Assembly: GCA_963681965.1 (NCBI GenBank)
Contig: OY820579.1
Location: 1,312,001 to 1,376,000, forward strand
Reading direction: 5' to 3'
From: a bacterium
GTDB lineage: Bacteria; Electryoneota; JAOADG01
DNA: 64,000 nt
In this document: piece by piece, positions 48,279 through 58,522 of the stretch
Layout of the letters: each line of letters starts with the position of its first letter
Position numbering within the stretch: the stretch's first letter is position 1
The notes under the pieces: generated by a model
What the model saw: only the letters and a program-made list of their open reading frames with translations
The model's database searches: none
What the model was told of the DNA's origin: nothing
Program-made: the position numbers and the translations under genes

Positions 48279-49789
48279 TTGAGATCCTTTCCAATCGTTT
48301 CGTTCAGCCGAATCCGCCGTATCAAGGCGCGTTTCCGCGATTCGGTTTTCGACCAGATTTTCAAGCTGTGATGTCGCAACGCATCGGTATTGTCCGGGTG
48401 TCTGCGATAATGGTACAATACTTCACGGATTCGATGAACACGATATCGTTCACCGCATTTCAAAATCATATCGTAGTCTTCACCGTAACTGCCGAAACTC
48501 AATTCGTCGAATCCGCCGTTTGCCAATAACACACTGCGTCGCCAGATCCGCGCAGCACCAGCGCCATCGCGCCGGAGCACATTATTTCGATTGTATGCGG
48601 CGTGCGTTATGATACCGATTTCCGGTAATGGAGTCCCGGCTTCGTCGACTAGATCGTAATAACTGATTGCGACTCCGATCTTTCGATCGCCGTCCAACGC
48701 TTCCACTGCTCGTTGCAATGTTACTGGAGCGTAGGCGTCGTCGCTATCGAGTTGCGCCAGATATTTGCCACGCGTAGCGAATAGCCCGTCGTTCAATGCT
48801 TCGCCGATCACATTGGTCGTTCGTCTGATCAACCGGATCCGGGAATCGGTTGCCATCTTGCTTTCAACTACGGCAATTGTGTTGTCGGTAGAGGCGTTGT
48901 CGACAACAATGATTTCAAAGTTGTCATAAGTTCCGGTTTGAACCGATTCAATCGCAGTGCCGATAAATCGCGCACGATTGTATACCGGAATCACAACACT
49001 AATCACTGGATCACCTGGCTTCAGTTCGGGATCCGGCGGGCATTCGACAATCCCTTCTTCACCTTCTAGCCATGCACCTCGACGTTTTAACGAATCGTAG
49101 AACACCGATTCAATTTCCGCTTCTTCGGCTGGGTCGAGGAATAAATACGAAAATCCGCCTAATTTTCCTTGTCCCGGAAAATATAGCTTTGCTGCCCGTT
49201 GTCGTTCTTCCTCGGTCATGATGGGTTGTTCAAGCGATTGCCGAATAAGCGGTTCGGCGATATGTAGTGTCTGGAACCGTTCCCCAAGTCGTAACCGTAG
49301 ATCATACAAAGGAGCAAATCGCAGACCATTGCGAATTCCGTGAACCGCCTGCAGTGCATCGCGTGAAATCCAAAGGCATGGGCTACGGTCTTCCCGTTCG
49401 GTAATATCGCCGTGATCGTCGATTAAATCGACGCGTCGCTCGGTACCATTTTCTACTAGCAGATAGTCTGTGAAACCCCAGCCGGTATCGCGACGTGAAC
49501 TGAACAACCGGTCGATCCGCGATAGGCAATTCGGCAGTATGGTCACAGTTGTCGGCAGTAAACCGAGCCATGGGGCAGTTGCTTGTTCGAAAAAAGCTTC
49601 TAGAAGATCCCCGGCGGAAGCGTCTTCCGGGAGATTTATCCGCTGAATTCGGGAATCGTCTGGTGCTCCGACGATTGTGGGTGGAAGGTAGACTGAAAAC
49701 TCGATGCTGGTTTGCTGTTGTAATGATTGCCAAAGTGCCGAAAAATCGCCGGGAGCGGGCAAAATGAGAAGATCGAACCGGTGCTGCAT
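48275..49789 (-). CDS. Two-domain glycosyltransferase family 2
   Basis: C-terminal SVVIPVYNR, VVDNASTD, QLDSDD, GEDYD; degenerate N-terminal GT-A-like domain (LYDLRLRL...HIAEPL). Confidence 0.9.
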   Translation of the reverse strand: MQHRFDLLILPAPGDFSALWQSLQQQTSIEFSVYLPPTIVGAPDDSRIQRINLPEDASAGDLLEAFFEQATAPWLGLLPTTVTILPNCLSRIDRLFSSRRDTGWGFTDYLLVENGTERRVDLIDDHGDITEREDRSPCLWISRDALQAVHGIRNGLRFAPLYDLRLRLGERFQTLHIAEPLIRQSLEQPIMTEEERQRAAKLYFPGQGKLGGFSYLFLDPAEEAEIESVFYDSLKRRGAWLEGEEGIVECPPDPELKPGDPVISVVIPVYNRARFIGTAIESVQTGTYDNFEIIVVDNASTDNTIAVVESKMATDSRIRLIRRTTNVIGEALNDGLFATRGKYLAQLDSDDAYAPVTLQRAVEALDGDRKIGVAISYYDLVDEAGTPLPEIGIITHAAYNRNNVLRRDGAGAARIWRRSVLLANGGFDELSFGSYGEDYDMILKCGERYRVHRIREVLYHYRRHPDNTDALRHHSLKIWSKTESRKRALIRRIRLNETIGKDLK

Positions 49790-49878
49790 GAACTACTCCG
49801 TTATTCAAACTGAAATGGTTGCAAGGAGATGGGAACGACCGTTATTTTACGACAATGTAACTCTTCGAGCAAACCGAA

Positions 49879-52272
49879 TTGAAGATTTCGAAAACCCGAT
49901 TGGCTAGATCTCTCGCCTTGTTGATTTTGTTCGCTTTCCACATTCCACTGCTTTCCGCCGCGGAATTATGTGTTGATTCCCTTAAATACTCTCCTGATCG
50001 TCCACTGGTTTTGGTTTTATCTGGTGGTGGAGCACGGGGGATTGCGCATATCGGTGTGCTGCGCGAGTTGGAGCGAAATCGGATCGAACCGGATCTAATC
50101 GTCGGTTCTTCGATTGGAGGAGTCGTCGGTGCACTCTGGAGTAGTGGTTTTAGCAGCGACGAAATTGCCGAATTTTTTAGAAACTTCGATTGGTCGACTA
50201 TGTTTTCCGATAAACCACGTCGAACGGCAATGTTCCTGAGCAAACGCGACTACGATCAGCAAGGGTTACTTACACTTCGCTTTGGTCCGGGAGGTCGACC
50301 CATTGTTCCGACGGCAATCACCAATGGACAAATGCTGTTCAACAACCTCCGGCATCTCTTCGAAAAAGCCCCGTTCCAACCCAATCCGTCCTTTAATGCG
50401 CTTCGTTATCCTGTGCGGATCGTCAGTTGCGATTTGAATACCGGTGAACGGAAGATTTTCGATCAAGGAGACTTGGCAATTGCCTGCCGGGCTTCGTTGA
50501 GTTACCCGTTATTTCTCTCGCCGGTGCCGTTGGACGGACATTTATTTGTGGACGGTGGCGTTGCGGAAAATATTCCCTCAATTGTTGCCCGTGAATTGTC
50601 GCCAACGGGATTAATATTAGCAATCGATTGTACCGCACCGGTTCGTCAGGATACTCCACCGTCGACTCCATGGGAAGTTGCCGATCGAGTGACGACAATC
50701 CTCCAGATTGACCGCAATATCGAGTGTCAAACGAAAACTGATATTATAATAAAACCTTTGTTAGATAAAATATCCCCGACCGACTTTTCAACTGTGGATT
50801 CCGTGATTGCACTCGGAGAGCAAGCAGGCATCGCACTGATCAAAGATCACCCCGAGTTATTGAAGCGGCAGCGAGAAATACCCGGTGCCGACAAAGTCTA
50901 CGTGTTGGGTGACGATATTACCGGTCAGACTCGCCGAAAGTTGGAACGTCCATTATCGGATCGATGGGAACAGTATTATCGATTGGCGAATATCTATCGC
51001 ACCAATAATTGGATCAACGGTTACGTGAAGGCGGTCGACCATTTTGGCGACCGACTATACTATACTGTTCAGCCACCAATCTTAAGATCGCTGGCGGTGG
51101 TGGGAACCTCGCGTAATTTCTCCGACCTGATGAAAGGTGAAACTGGACTAAAAATCGGTGAACCGCTGCAAATTAGGGATCTTGACCGAACCGTAGAATA
51201 TCTCTATGGTTCCGGTATGTTCGATATGGTTTATCCCGTTCGTGAAGCGATCCCCGGTGGAATCAAATTGACTTTTATCGTTCAAGAGCGGACACTTCCA
51301 GTTTTGAGACTTGGTGCCGGATATGACAATCACCGCGGTGGCAGCGGGCAAGTTCAGTTGTTGTATGACAATATTTTCGGAATAACGACTCACGGTGCCG
51401 CGACTTTTCAATTCGGTGAGAAAGATGCGATCGGAAGTTTGCGTTTTCATGCCGATAGATTAATCGGTCGAGTTGGCGCAATCGATTTCGAAGTCAATGC
51501 GACCCATACTGCGTGGCCAAGATTTGAACAGAGTAATCTATCCGCAATCAGTTATAATCGGGTGGGAGGAAGTGCCTCGCTTGGTCAATCAGTCGGGAGA
51601 TGGAGTGTGGTTGCTGCCGGATTGCGAGTGCATAATCTTCGGGTCACGGAAGCCGATACGTCGCGAAAGTATCAGATTGCACCGTTTTTCATCCAATATT
51701 CCATCGATACCGAAGATCAGTCGCCATTTCCCACATCAGGTACCCGCATCATGACCGCGTGGGAAACAGCACAGGGTAAAAATATCACCGATTATAGCTA
51801 TAGCCGCTTTTACTATTATCAATCAACGTCGTTCAAGATTTCTAAACGTTTAGTTCTGACTCCCCAAACGATTGGTGGATTTAACAGCTCTTCATCGCCT
51901 CGATCGGAATGGTATCGGATTGGGGGACCCTGGGACTTTTGGGGGCTTGCCACTGGTGAGCGAGAGTCCAGAAACTTAGGTGTAGCGGCAATTACCGGGC
52001 GGTATGATTTGATCTCGCGTTTGGTCGCAGATACGTACATCGAAATGCGTGCGAACATCGCGGTTTTGTCCGAAACCCACGATTTGCGCTGGCAGCAAGG
52101 GCAAAGAGTAATCGGGGGCGGTGTCGCCGTGGCAATGTCGACTTGGTTAGGTCCTGTTCGATTAGTCTGGGGATGGGCAGGGGAAGAAGTTGCCAAATCA
52201 ATCCCCACTGTCTCAGTATCTTTGGGCAGTTCGATCCCCAATCCCCTTGGACCGAGAACAATATTCAAATGA
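49879..52272 (+). CDS. Patatin-like phospholipase fused to POTRA and an Omp85-like barrel (PlpD-type)
   Basis: Signal peptide; SGGGARGIAHIG, GSSIG, DGG motifs; LYGSGMFD POTRA; C-terminal TWLGPVRLVWG...SLG. Confidence 0.88.
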   Translation: MKISKTRLARSLALLILFAFHIPLLSAAELCVDSLKYSPDRPLVLVLSGGGARGIAHIGVLRELERNRIEPDLIVGSSIGGVVGALWSSGFSSDEIAEFFRNFDWSTMFSDKPRRTAMFLSKRDYDQQGLLTLRFGPGGRPIVPTAITNGQMLFNNLRHLFEKAPFQPNPSFNALRYPVRIVSCDLNTGERKIFDQGDLAIACRASLSYPLFLSPVPLDGHLFVDGGVAENIPSIVARELSPTGLILAIDCTAPVRQDTPPSTPWEVADRVTTILQIDRNIECQTKTDIIIKPLLDKISPTDFSTVDSVIALGEQAGIALIKDHPELLKRQREIPGADKVYVLGDDITGQTRRKLERPLSDRWEQYYRLANIYRTNNWINGYVKAVDHFGDRLYYTVQPPILRSLAVVGTSRNFSDLMKGETGLKIGEPLQIRDLDRTVEYLYGSGMFDMVYPVREAIPGGIKLTFIVQERTLPVLRLGAGYDNHRGGSGQVQLLYDNIFGITTHGAATFQFGEKDAIGSLRFHADRLIGRVGAIDFEVNATHTAWPRFEQSNLSAISYNRVGGSASLGQSVGRWSVVAAGLRVHNLRVTEADTSRKYQIAPFFIQYSIDTEDQSPFPTSGTRIMTAWETAQGKNITDYSYSRFYYYQSTSFKISKRLVLTPQTIGGFNSSSSPRSEWYRIGGPWDFWGLATGERESRNLGVAAITGRYDLISRLVADTYIEMRANIAVLSETHDLRWQQGQRVIGGGVAVAMSTWLGPVRLVWGWAGEEVAKSIPTVSVSLGSSIPNPLGPRTIFK

Positions 52273-52302
52273 GGGTGAATTCCTAACTATATTGGGGTCA
52301 AA

Positions 52303-53334
52303 GTGAAGGTGTTTATTGTGATTAGAATTTCTCTAATAATTCTTATCCTGATGGCATTATTCGTGACCATCGCAACTGCGGTTCCCGAACTGCCTGATGG
52401 AGTTTGGATTCACTATTCCGGCGCATTACGCGGTGCAATCGACCCTTGTGGATGTAAAATTCCTATGGGGGGAACTGCACGGAGAATGGGTGAGATCGAT
52501 CGAATGATGAAAATTGCCAGCTCCGATGCCCACCTTGTCGTCGATGCTGGAGAGTGGCGCGATTTAGGGGATCCGATCGATGGCAATACCCGTACAGCAG
52601 CGTTGTTGAAAGCGCTAAAAACTGGTCATTTGGCTGCGGTGAATGTCAGTTTACGTGATGTCATGTTGAATAGAACATTCCTCGATTCGATTGCGATTGC
52701 CGATTCAATCCCATTTGTCTCTGCCAATCTTCGAATTGATTCGATCATGGCTCCGCTGTTTCCTGCCTATCGGATTGCTCGCGGTAAAGTTATGAATAAA
52801 CCGTATGCGGTTGCTTTTATCGGCTTAACCGATCCAACCTATACCCGGTATTCTAATCGGAAAATTGGACTCGTCGCGTTAGATTGGACGTTGATTTTAC
52901 GTGACGTGATGGATGAGTTGAAAAAAGAAAAAGTGAATGCGATCGTGTTGCTAACCGATGCAGCACCAAGTCGACTCGACACGTTAATGGGGAAGGTTGC
53001 AGTTCAATTCATTGTCACAACGAACCCGGAATGTCAGTGGAACCGCATCACGAAAACCGACCATGGTTACATGATCGCGCCGATGACGATGGGAAAACAT
53101 TGGGAAGCGGTGAAATCGATGGCTACCGGACCCGATCCGTGGATCGCAAACCGCACGGAATTGTCAGCTTCGGTACCGGAATCGGAAGCGGCACATAAAA
53201 TTATCGAAGAGTATCGCGCCAGATTTATTAGAAAGCCTGTACCGGCACCTGCAGTTCCGCCACAAGTAATCAAGTCGGAATTATCACAACCCGCAAGTGC
53301 TGCAACTCCTACACCAACGCCGAGTGGAAAGTGA
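52303..53334 (+). CDS. Exported UshA/5'-nucleotidase-like protein with a PCGC motif
   Basis: Signal peptide; YSGALRGAIDPCGC...GGTARR, VDAGE, PFVSANL, FIGL. Confidence 0.7.
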   Translation: MKVFIVIRISLIILILMALFVTIATAVPELPDGVWIHYSGALRGAIDPCGCKIPMGGTARRMGEIDRMMKIASSDAHLVVDAGEWRDLGDPIDGNTRTAALLKALKTGHLAAVNVSLRDVMLNRTFLDSIAIADSIPFVSANLRIDSIMAPLFPAYRIARGKVMNKPYAVAFIGLTDPTYTRYSNRKIGLVALDWTLILRDVMDELKKEKVNAIVLLTDAAPSRLDTLMGKVAVQFIVTTNPECQWNRITKTDHGYMIAPMTMGKHWEAVKSMATGPDPWIANRTELSASVPESEAAHKIIEEYRARFIRKPVPAPAVPPQVIKSELSQPASAATPTPTPSGK

Positions 53335-53341
53335 GAATTTG

Positions 53342-53752
53342 ATGATTGCTATCGACCGTGACGAACTGTTTCTGCACGCCACGACCGTACGCGCGAATGC
53401 ACGCGCGAAATACTCCGGGTTCGCAGTCGGAGCCGCGCTTCAATCTTCCGATGGCAAAATCTACGATGGCTGTAATGTCGAGAGTAGCAGTTATGGATTA
53501 TCGATCTGTGCAGAACGAGTTGCGTTAACGAAAGCGCTTTCCGAGGGTGCTTCAAACTTCTCTAGAATATTAGTTGTTGCCGACACGCCGACACCGGTAT
53601 CACCTTGTGGTGCATGCCGACAATTACTCCACGATTATGCACCCGATGCGGTAGTGATTATGGCTAATTTAGCTGGCGATTCGATCGAAATGAAGGTCAA
53701 GGAATTACTTCCTGCTGCATTCGACGATTCTTTCTTGTCCATACAAAAATAA
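53342..53752 (+). CDS. cdd: Cytidine deaminase
   Basis: YSGFAVGAA, GCNVESSSYGLSICAER, PCGACRQ, LLPAAF. Confidence 0.96.
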   Translation: MIAIDRDELFLHATTVRANARAKYSGFAVGAALQSSDGKIYDGCNVESSSYGLSICAERVALTKALSEGASNFSRILVVADTPTPVSPCGACRQLLHDYAPDAVVIMANLAGDSIEMKVKELLPAAFDDSFLSIQK

Positions 53753-53779
53753 TTCACTGTTTTTCACTGCGAGGATAGT

Positions 53780-54412
53780 TTGGAACGAGGAATTTTGATC
53801 GGTATCGCCGGAGGAACCGGCAGTGGAAAAACGTTAGTAGCGAAATCGATCTTCGAGCGACTTAGCTCGGAAGATGTAATGGTTATCCAGCAGGATTCCT
53901 ACTACCGCGATTTATCCCATCTACCCACCGAAGAACGCGCGAAATTCAATTTCGATCACCCACAGGCATTCGAACGCGAGTTGATGCTCCGTGATATCGA
54001 AGAGTTGCTTGCAGGTCGGACAATTCAATTACCGATTTACGATTATTCAAAACACACTCGCAAAACCGAGACGGTTTCGGTTGGACCGCACCACGTAATT
54101 GTGCTCGAAGGCATTCTAGTGCTGGATGATCCCGATCTTCGCGATTTGATGGATATTAAAGTCTATGTCGATACCGATGCCGATATTCGATTAGCACGAC
54201 GAATTCTGCGGGATATCAAGGAACGTGGGCGTGAAATCGATAACGTACTGCGGCAATATGAATCCACTGTTCGCGTGATGCATTTACAATTCGTCGAACC
54301 ATCCAAACGCTACGCCGACATCATTGTTCCCGAAGGGGGTTACAATCTGGTGGCAATCGATTTATTAGTCACTAAGATTCGCGATCTGTTATCGAAACGG
54401 GAGCGATCATGA
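53780..54412 (+). CDS. udk: Uridine kinase
   Basis: GIAGGTGSGKT, QDSYY, NFDHP, LEGIL, RRILRDIKERGR, FVEPSKRYADII. Confidence 0.96.
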   Translation: MERGILIGIAGGTGSGKTLVAKSIFERLSSEDVMVIQQDSYYRDLSHLPTEERAKFNFDHPQAFERELMLRDIEELLAGRTIQLPIYDYSKHTRKTETVSVGPHHVIVLEGILVLDDPDLRDLMDIKVYVDTDADIRLARRILRDIKERGREIDNVLRQYESTVRVMHLQFVEPSKRYADIIVPEGGYNLVAIDLLVTKIRDLLSKRERS

Positions 54413-55002
54413 ACATTATTCACACCGATCACGGCTGGCTCGAAGTAATTGTCGGACCGATGTTTTCCGGAAAAACCGAGGAATTGATCCGACGAGTTCG
54501 TCGCGCGGCTATTGCGGGACAGACTGTTGGAGTATTCAAACCGGCTATCGATCAACGGTACGATGTATCCGATATTGTTTCGCATTCCGAAATCCATTTC
54601 CCTTCGAATCCAGTCACCTCGGCTGATGAAATTTACCAGCAATCGCAAAACTTGAAAGTGGTTGGGATCGACGAAGGACAATTTCTCGGTAATGGGCTGG
54701 TACCAGTAGTGGAAGCAATGATTGCCGAGCGCAAACGCGTGATTATTGCCGGTCTTGATTTGGATTATCGCGGCGAACCGTTCGAACCGATGCCATACTT
54801 CATGTCGACTGCCGAGTATCTCGACAAAATTCTGGCAATCTGTATCCGGTGTGGAGAACCCGCTTCACGTACTCAACGGATGAGAGCTGGTGGTGAACGA
54901 GTCGTCGTTGGCGCAAAAGATCTTTATGAAGCGCGGTGCCGAAGTTGTTGGACAAATCCAGATGCAATCTCCAAGCCTGTTGACGCACCCAAAATTCTCT
55001 AA
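54409..55002 (+). CDS. tdk: Thymidine kinase (type II)
   Basis: GPMFSGKTEEL, FKPAIDQRY, IDEGQF, AGLDLD, AICIRCG, YEARCRSC. Confidence 0.96.
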   Translation: MNIIHTDHGWLEVIVGPMFSGKTEELIRRVRRAAIAGQTVGVFKPAIDQRYDVSDIVSHSEIHFPSNPVTSADEIYQQSQNLKVVGIDEGQFLGNGLVPVVEAMIAERKRVIIAGLDLDYRGEPFEPMPYFMSTAEYLDKILAICIRCGEPASRTQRMRAGGERVVVGAKDLYEARCRSCWTNPDAISKPVDAPKIL

Positions 55003-55101
55003 CCAGTCAATATACTGATTATTAAAATATTATAGCAAAAAGCGCTGTCGTGGTTACAGTGCGTATTACATGATGTACCTGTTTTATTTACTGAGGATGT
55101 A

Positions 55102-55959
55102 ATGGTAAAATTGGAAACTACAGATCATCCCGATTTGACGCCTATTCTGTCATATATCAAGCACAGGTTTGAGCTAGAAAGAAAACAACTGTGGAAACCG
55201 GTTGAAATTGGAGTTGTACTTGGTTCGGGATTGGGTGCTCTATCTGAACAAGTAGAAGAGCCTGTGGTTATTCCAACTTCTGATTTACCCGATTACCCGG
55301 TATCGACAGTACCGGGGCATGCCGGAAAGCTATTCATCGGGATGCTCGCCGGAAGGCGCGTCGCGCTCTTTTCCGGACGTGTTCATTATTATGAAGGGTA
55401 TACTCCGCAACATGTAGTGATGCCATTGCGAGTACTGCATGGACTTGGAGCGATGGGATATCTGGTAACCAATGCGTCCGGAGGCATTCGCGACGATCTT
55501 GGTCCCGGAACACTGATGCAAATTACCGATCACATCAATCTGATGGGTATGAATCCACTACGCGGTCTGCACCAGCCGGATTTGGGTCCTCGCTTTCCCG
55601 ATATGTCGACCGCCTACACACCGGAATGGGCGAAAATTGCTCATGAAGTTGCTGTCGAATTAGGTATCCCATTAAATAGTGGAGTGCTGGGGGCGTTAAG
55701 CGGACCAACTTACGAAACGCCAGCCGAAGTTCGCATGTGGCGAGCAGTCGGTGTCGATGCCGCATGTATGAGTACCGTTCCGGAAGTCATTGTCGCTTCT
55801 TCGCTCGGGATGAAAGTATTGGGAATTTCCTGTATCACCAATAAGGCTGCAGGACTATCCGATCAACCGTTGAATCACGCCGAAGTGACTGAGGTTGCGA
55901 ATCGTGTGCGTGATCGCTTTATCAAACTCCTGCTGGGAGTATTGCCACGCTTGCAATAA
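55102..55959 (+). CDS. Purine nucleoside phosphorylase (trimeric, PunA/XapA type)
   Basis: VLGSGLG, STVPGHAG, GRVHYYEG, TNASGG, DHIN, GPTYETPAE, MSTVPE, ITNKAAG, NHAEV. Confidence 0.95.
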   Translation: MVKLETTDHPDLTPILSYIKHRFELERKQLWKPVEIGVVLGSGLGALSEQVEEPVVIPTSDLPDYPVSTVPGHAGKLFIGMLAGRRVALFSGRVHYYEGYTPQHVVMPLRVLHGLGAMGYLVTNASGGIRDDLGPGTLMQITDHINLMGMNPLRGLHQPDLGPRFPDMSTAYTPEWAKIAHEVAVELGIPLNSGVLGALSGPTYETPAEVRMWRAVGVDAACMSTVPEVIVASSLGMKVLGISCITNKAAGLSDQPLNHAEVTEVANRVRDRFIKLLLGVLPRLQ

Positions 55960-55997
55960 TCAAGCATCGACCAATCTTCGTTAATCTGATCGTTACA

Positions 55998-57488
55998 ATG
56001 ATGGTTGCGATCGGTTTCGTAGGATCGAGTGCCGTGGCGCAAGGACGCTACCCGCCAAATTCTTGGGAGACTTGGCGAAATCCCGGTAGAATCGACCGGA
56101 TTGTCGTGACCAATTACGAAACTTTCGTTGTTGCACAAAATGGAATCTGGGTCTGGGATCGTTTGCATGAACGATGGGATGTCCCTTATACGATTGTTCA
56201 AAGTTTTTCCGAAGCGATAAATTTATCCAATATTCAAAGCATTCACCTCGAAGGTACCGAACACCTCTTTGTAAAAACCAGAGACGGCGTGATTGTTCGC
56301 GAGGGACGTGACCGAAATTGGTCGCGGATGGTATTTTCCGATTCCATTCCTTACGATACATCACTAACGATCCCGATCAAGCCCCATTTGGAAAATTGGA
56401 TGGCTCCTCCACAGTGGACCATCTTTCCCGATGGTCGTGCATTATACTCCGATGATAATTGGTACCATTGGAGAAATGCATTCATCGACAATCGAAGCGA
56501 TCTTTGGTCGATTATCGACAATGTCGGTGTCGTTCACGGCAGGGATCAATCGCACCGGTGGTCGATGAACCAACTTGGTCCATCGGTATCAACGATAAAA
56601 TCCATTGCTCGGAACCGTAATGGCTGGGTAGTCGCGAGTGGGGGAGCGGGAATTTCTTTTTTCATCGAATCCAATCGCGAGTGGACTTGGTGTAAACCAC
56701 TGGCAAATCGGTTTCAGTTATCATCCCGAGCGATTAACGATGTGGCAGTTACCGATGGCGATACCTATTGGTTAGCTACTAATATAGGTGTATTGACTGG
56801 ACGACAGGATAATCCCGATTGGGATTTAATCGACGATTTTCGCTCGATTCACGTTTCTAGCATACTGCCGACACCCTATGGTATTGCTTGCGGAACGGAT
56901 CGCGGTATCGAAATGATCGGACCCAACCGATCGATACACATACTCTATGAATCGTCTAATCGAGTCCTGAATGTGAATCAATTGGCTATTGATTCCGATA
57001 CACTTTTTTGTGCCACTAATCTGGGTATGTTAAAAATTATTTTGACTTCGGGTCAAACGTCATTCCTTCCCGGTCCACCCGGTATCGCTAGCGACAGTTG
57101 GATGTCGATCGCCGTCACACCCAGCGAAATGTGGGTCGGGGGATATCGCGGTGCGGCGGCGTTCGACCGTAGCAGTGGAAAATGGGCTTCTTGGTCGTCA
57201 AGCACTTATTTCAACGATTCTTCGATCAATGCGATTGCTGCAACCGATAGCACGGTTTGGTTGGGTGGTTCCAAAGGTCTCTTTCGAATTGACCGCGATC
57301 CTAGTGGTCGGCTGGAAAATGATCCCAATGCGAAAGTGTCACCGAGAGTGAATCGCTATACGGTCAAAGATGGATTACCTGAGAATGAGATCTACCGTAT
57401 CGTTCTTGACGGAAACCGTCTGGTGATGGCGACACAGGGTGGTTTTTGTACCTTCCGGTATCTTCATGAGGGTCGGATTCTGGAATGA
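55998..57488 (+). CDS. Exported beta-propeller protein (Reg_prop-like blades)
   Basis: Blades LSSRAINDVA...YWLATNIG, LFCATNLG, VWLGGSKGL, KDGLPENEIYRI...ATQGG. Confidence 0.7.
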   Translation: MMVAIGFVGSSAVAQGRYPPNSWETWRNPGRIDRIVVTNYETFVVAQNGIWVWDRLHERWDVPYTIVQSFSEAINLSNIQSIHLEGTEHLFVKTRDGVIVREGRDRNWSRMVFSDSIPYDTSLTIPIKPHLENWMAPPQWTIFPDGRALYSDDNWYHWRNAFIDNRSDLWSIIDNVGVVHGRDQSHRWSMNQLGPSVSTIKSIARNRNGWVVASGGAGISFFIESNREWTWCKPLANRFQLSSRAINDVAVTDGDTYWLATNIGVLTGRQDNPDWDLIDDFRSIHVSSILPTPYGIACGTDRGIEMIGPNRSIHILYESSNRVLNVNQLAIDSDTLFCATNLGMLKIILTSGQTSFLPGPPGIASDSWMSIAVTPSEMWVGGYRGAAAFDRSSGKWASWSSSTYFNDSSINAIAATDSTVWLGGSKGLFRIDRDPSGRLENDPNAKVSPRVNRYTVKDGLPENEIYRIVLDGNRLVMATQGGFCTFRYLHEGRILE

Positions 57489-58522
57489 AACGCTGTATTG
57501 TATTGATCGTCGTTATCTTGGTAATCGTCTGTGGCACTCTTTCGCAAGCGATTGCTGCTTCCAATTCCTACCCGGTATCGCTCGATGTCGATCGGATTAT
57601 GCGCAGTGCAATCGACGATGTTATCGAGCAGCATTATACTCACGCGTTTTCTCTTGCCGACAGTATTGCCAATATTTCGACCGGTCCCGAAGCATGGGCA
57701 CTCCGCGCGATGATTTATCAAGCTTGGATCATCGACTATGAATCATTCGATCGTGTCGATGAGTTCTATCGAGCGGTCGATTCTACCGAAGAACGCGCGA
57801 ATCAACTTCTGAATAGCTATCCTGCCTTTGCTTATCTCTCACTTGGATTGGTTAATGGATTTCGGGCTTCGATTTTGCTTCGGCAGGATCGCAATATCGC
57901 CAGCGTCAAAGCTGCAATATCAATGAAATCGGCATTGGAAAAAGCCATAACCATCGATCCAACACTGACCGATTGTTACGTCGGACTCGGGAGCTACGAT
58001 TATTGGTCGTCGCGAAAACTGAATTTCCTTCCGTTTTTTGGTGATCGTCGCGATCGGGGAATCAGTCGGTTGAAAACGGCACTGGAAACGAGTAAGCTGC
58101 ATTCTGCTAGCGCGGCGACGGCACTAATCTGGATCTATATTGACCGGGGTGATGGACGAATTGCGCTCAAAATGGCAGAAGATCAACTCCAACGATACCC
58201 TTCGGCGCGAAGTTTTATGTGGGCGGCTGCCGAAGCGGCGTATGCCATCGGTGATTGGAAAGTCGGAATCGAATATTACCAAAAAATATTAGCGAGTTGT
58301 CTTGCCGATCCTATTCAAGGAAATAATTTTAATATCATGAGTTGTTACCACAGTTTGGCAGAGATGTACCAAAAAATCGGTGAACCGGAAAACGCGAAAG
58401 ATTGTATTCGAAAGGCAATGAAATTGCACTTGACCGATGAAATTAGAGATCGCAAAAAGATTGATCTAGCCGATTTTCAAAAGTGGTGGCTGGAATTAAC
58501 TGGATCTGATTATCGTGATTGA
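57485..58522 (+). CDS. Exported TPR protein
   Basis: Signal peptide; LEKAITIDPTLTDCYVGLGSYDYW and further TPR-like helices. Confidence 0.75.
   Translation: MKRCIVLIVVILVIVCGTLSQAIAASNSYPVSLDVDRIMRSAIDDVIEQHYTHAFSLADSIANISTGPEAWALRAMIYQAWIIDYESFDRVDEFYRAVDSTEERANQLLNSYPAFAYLSLGLVNGFRASILLRQDRNIASVKAAISMKSALEKAITIDPTLTDCYVGLGSYDYWSSRKLNFLPFFGDRRDRGISRLKTALETSKLHSASAATALIWIYIDRGDGRIALKMAEDQLQRYPSARSFMWAAAEAAYAIGDWKVGIEYYQKILASCLADPIQGNNFNIMSCYHSLAEMYQKIGEPENAKDCIRKAMKLHLTDEIRDRKKIDLADFQKWWLELTGSDYRD

Noticed and set aside
52440-52460. Possible selenocysteine recoding in the PCGC motif
   Set aside because: The codons are TGT GGA TGT, so there is no in-frame TGA.
55003-55101. Possible purine riboswitch upstream of the PNP gene
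   Set aside because: Only a small hairpin (GCGCTGT/ACAGTGC) is present; the conserved AUAUGG...GUUUCUACC core is missing.
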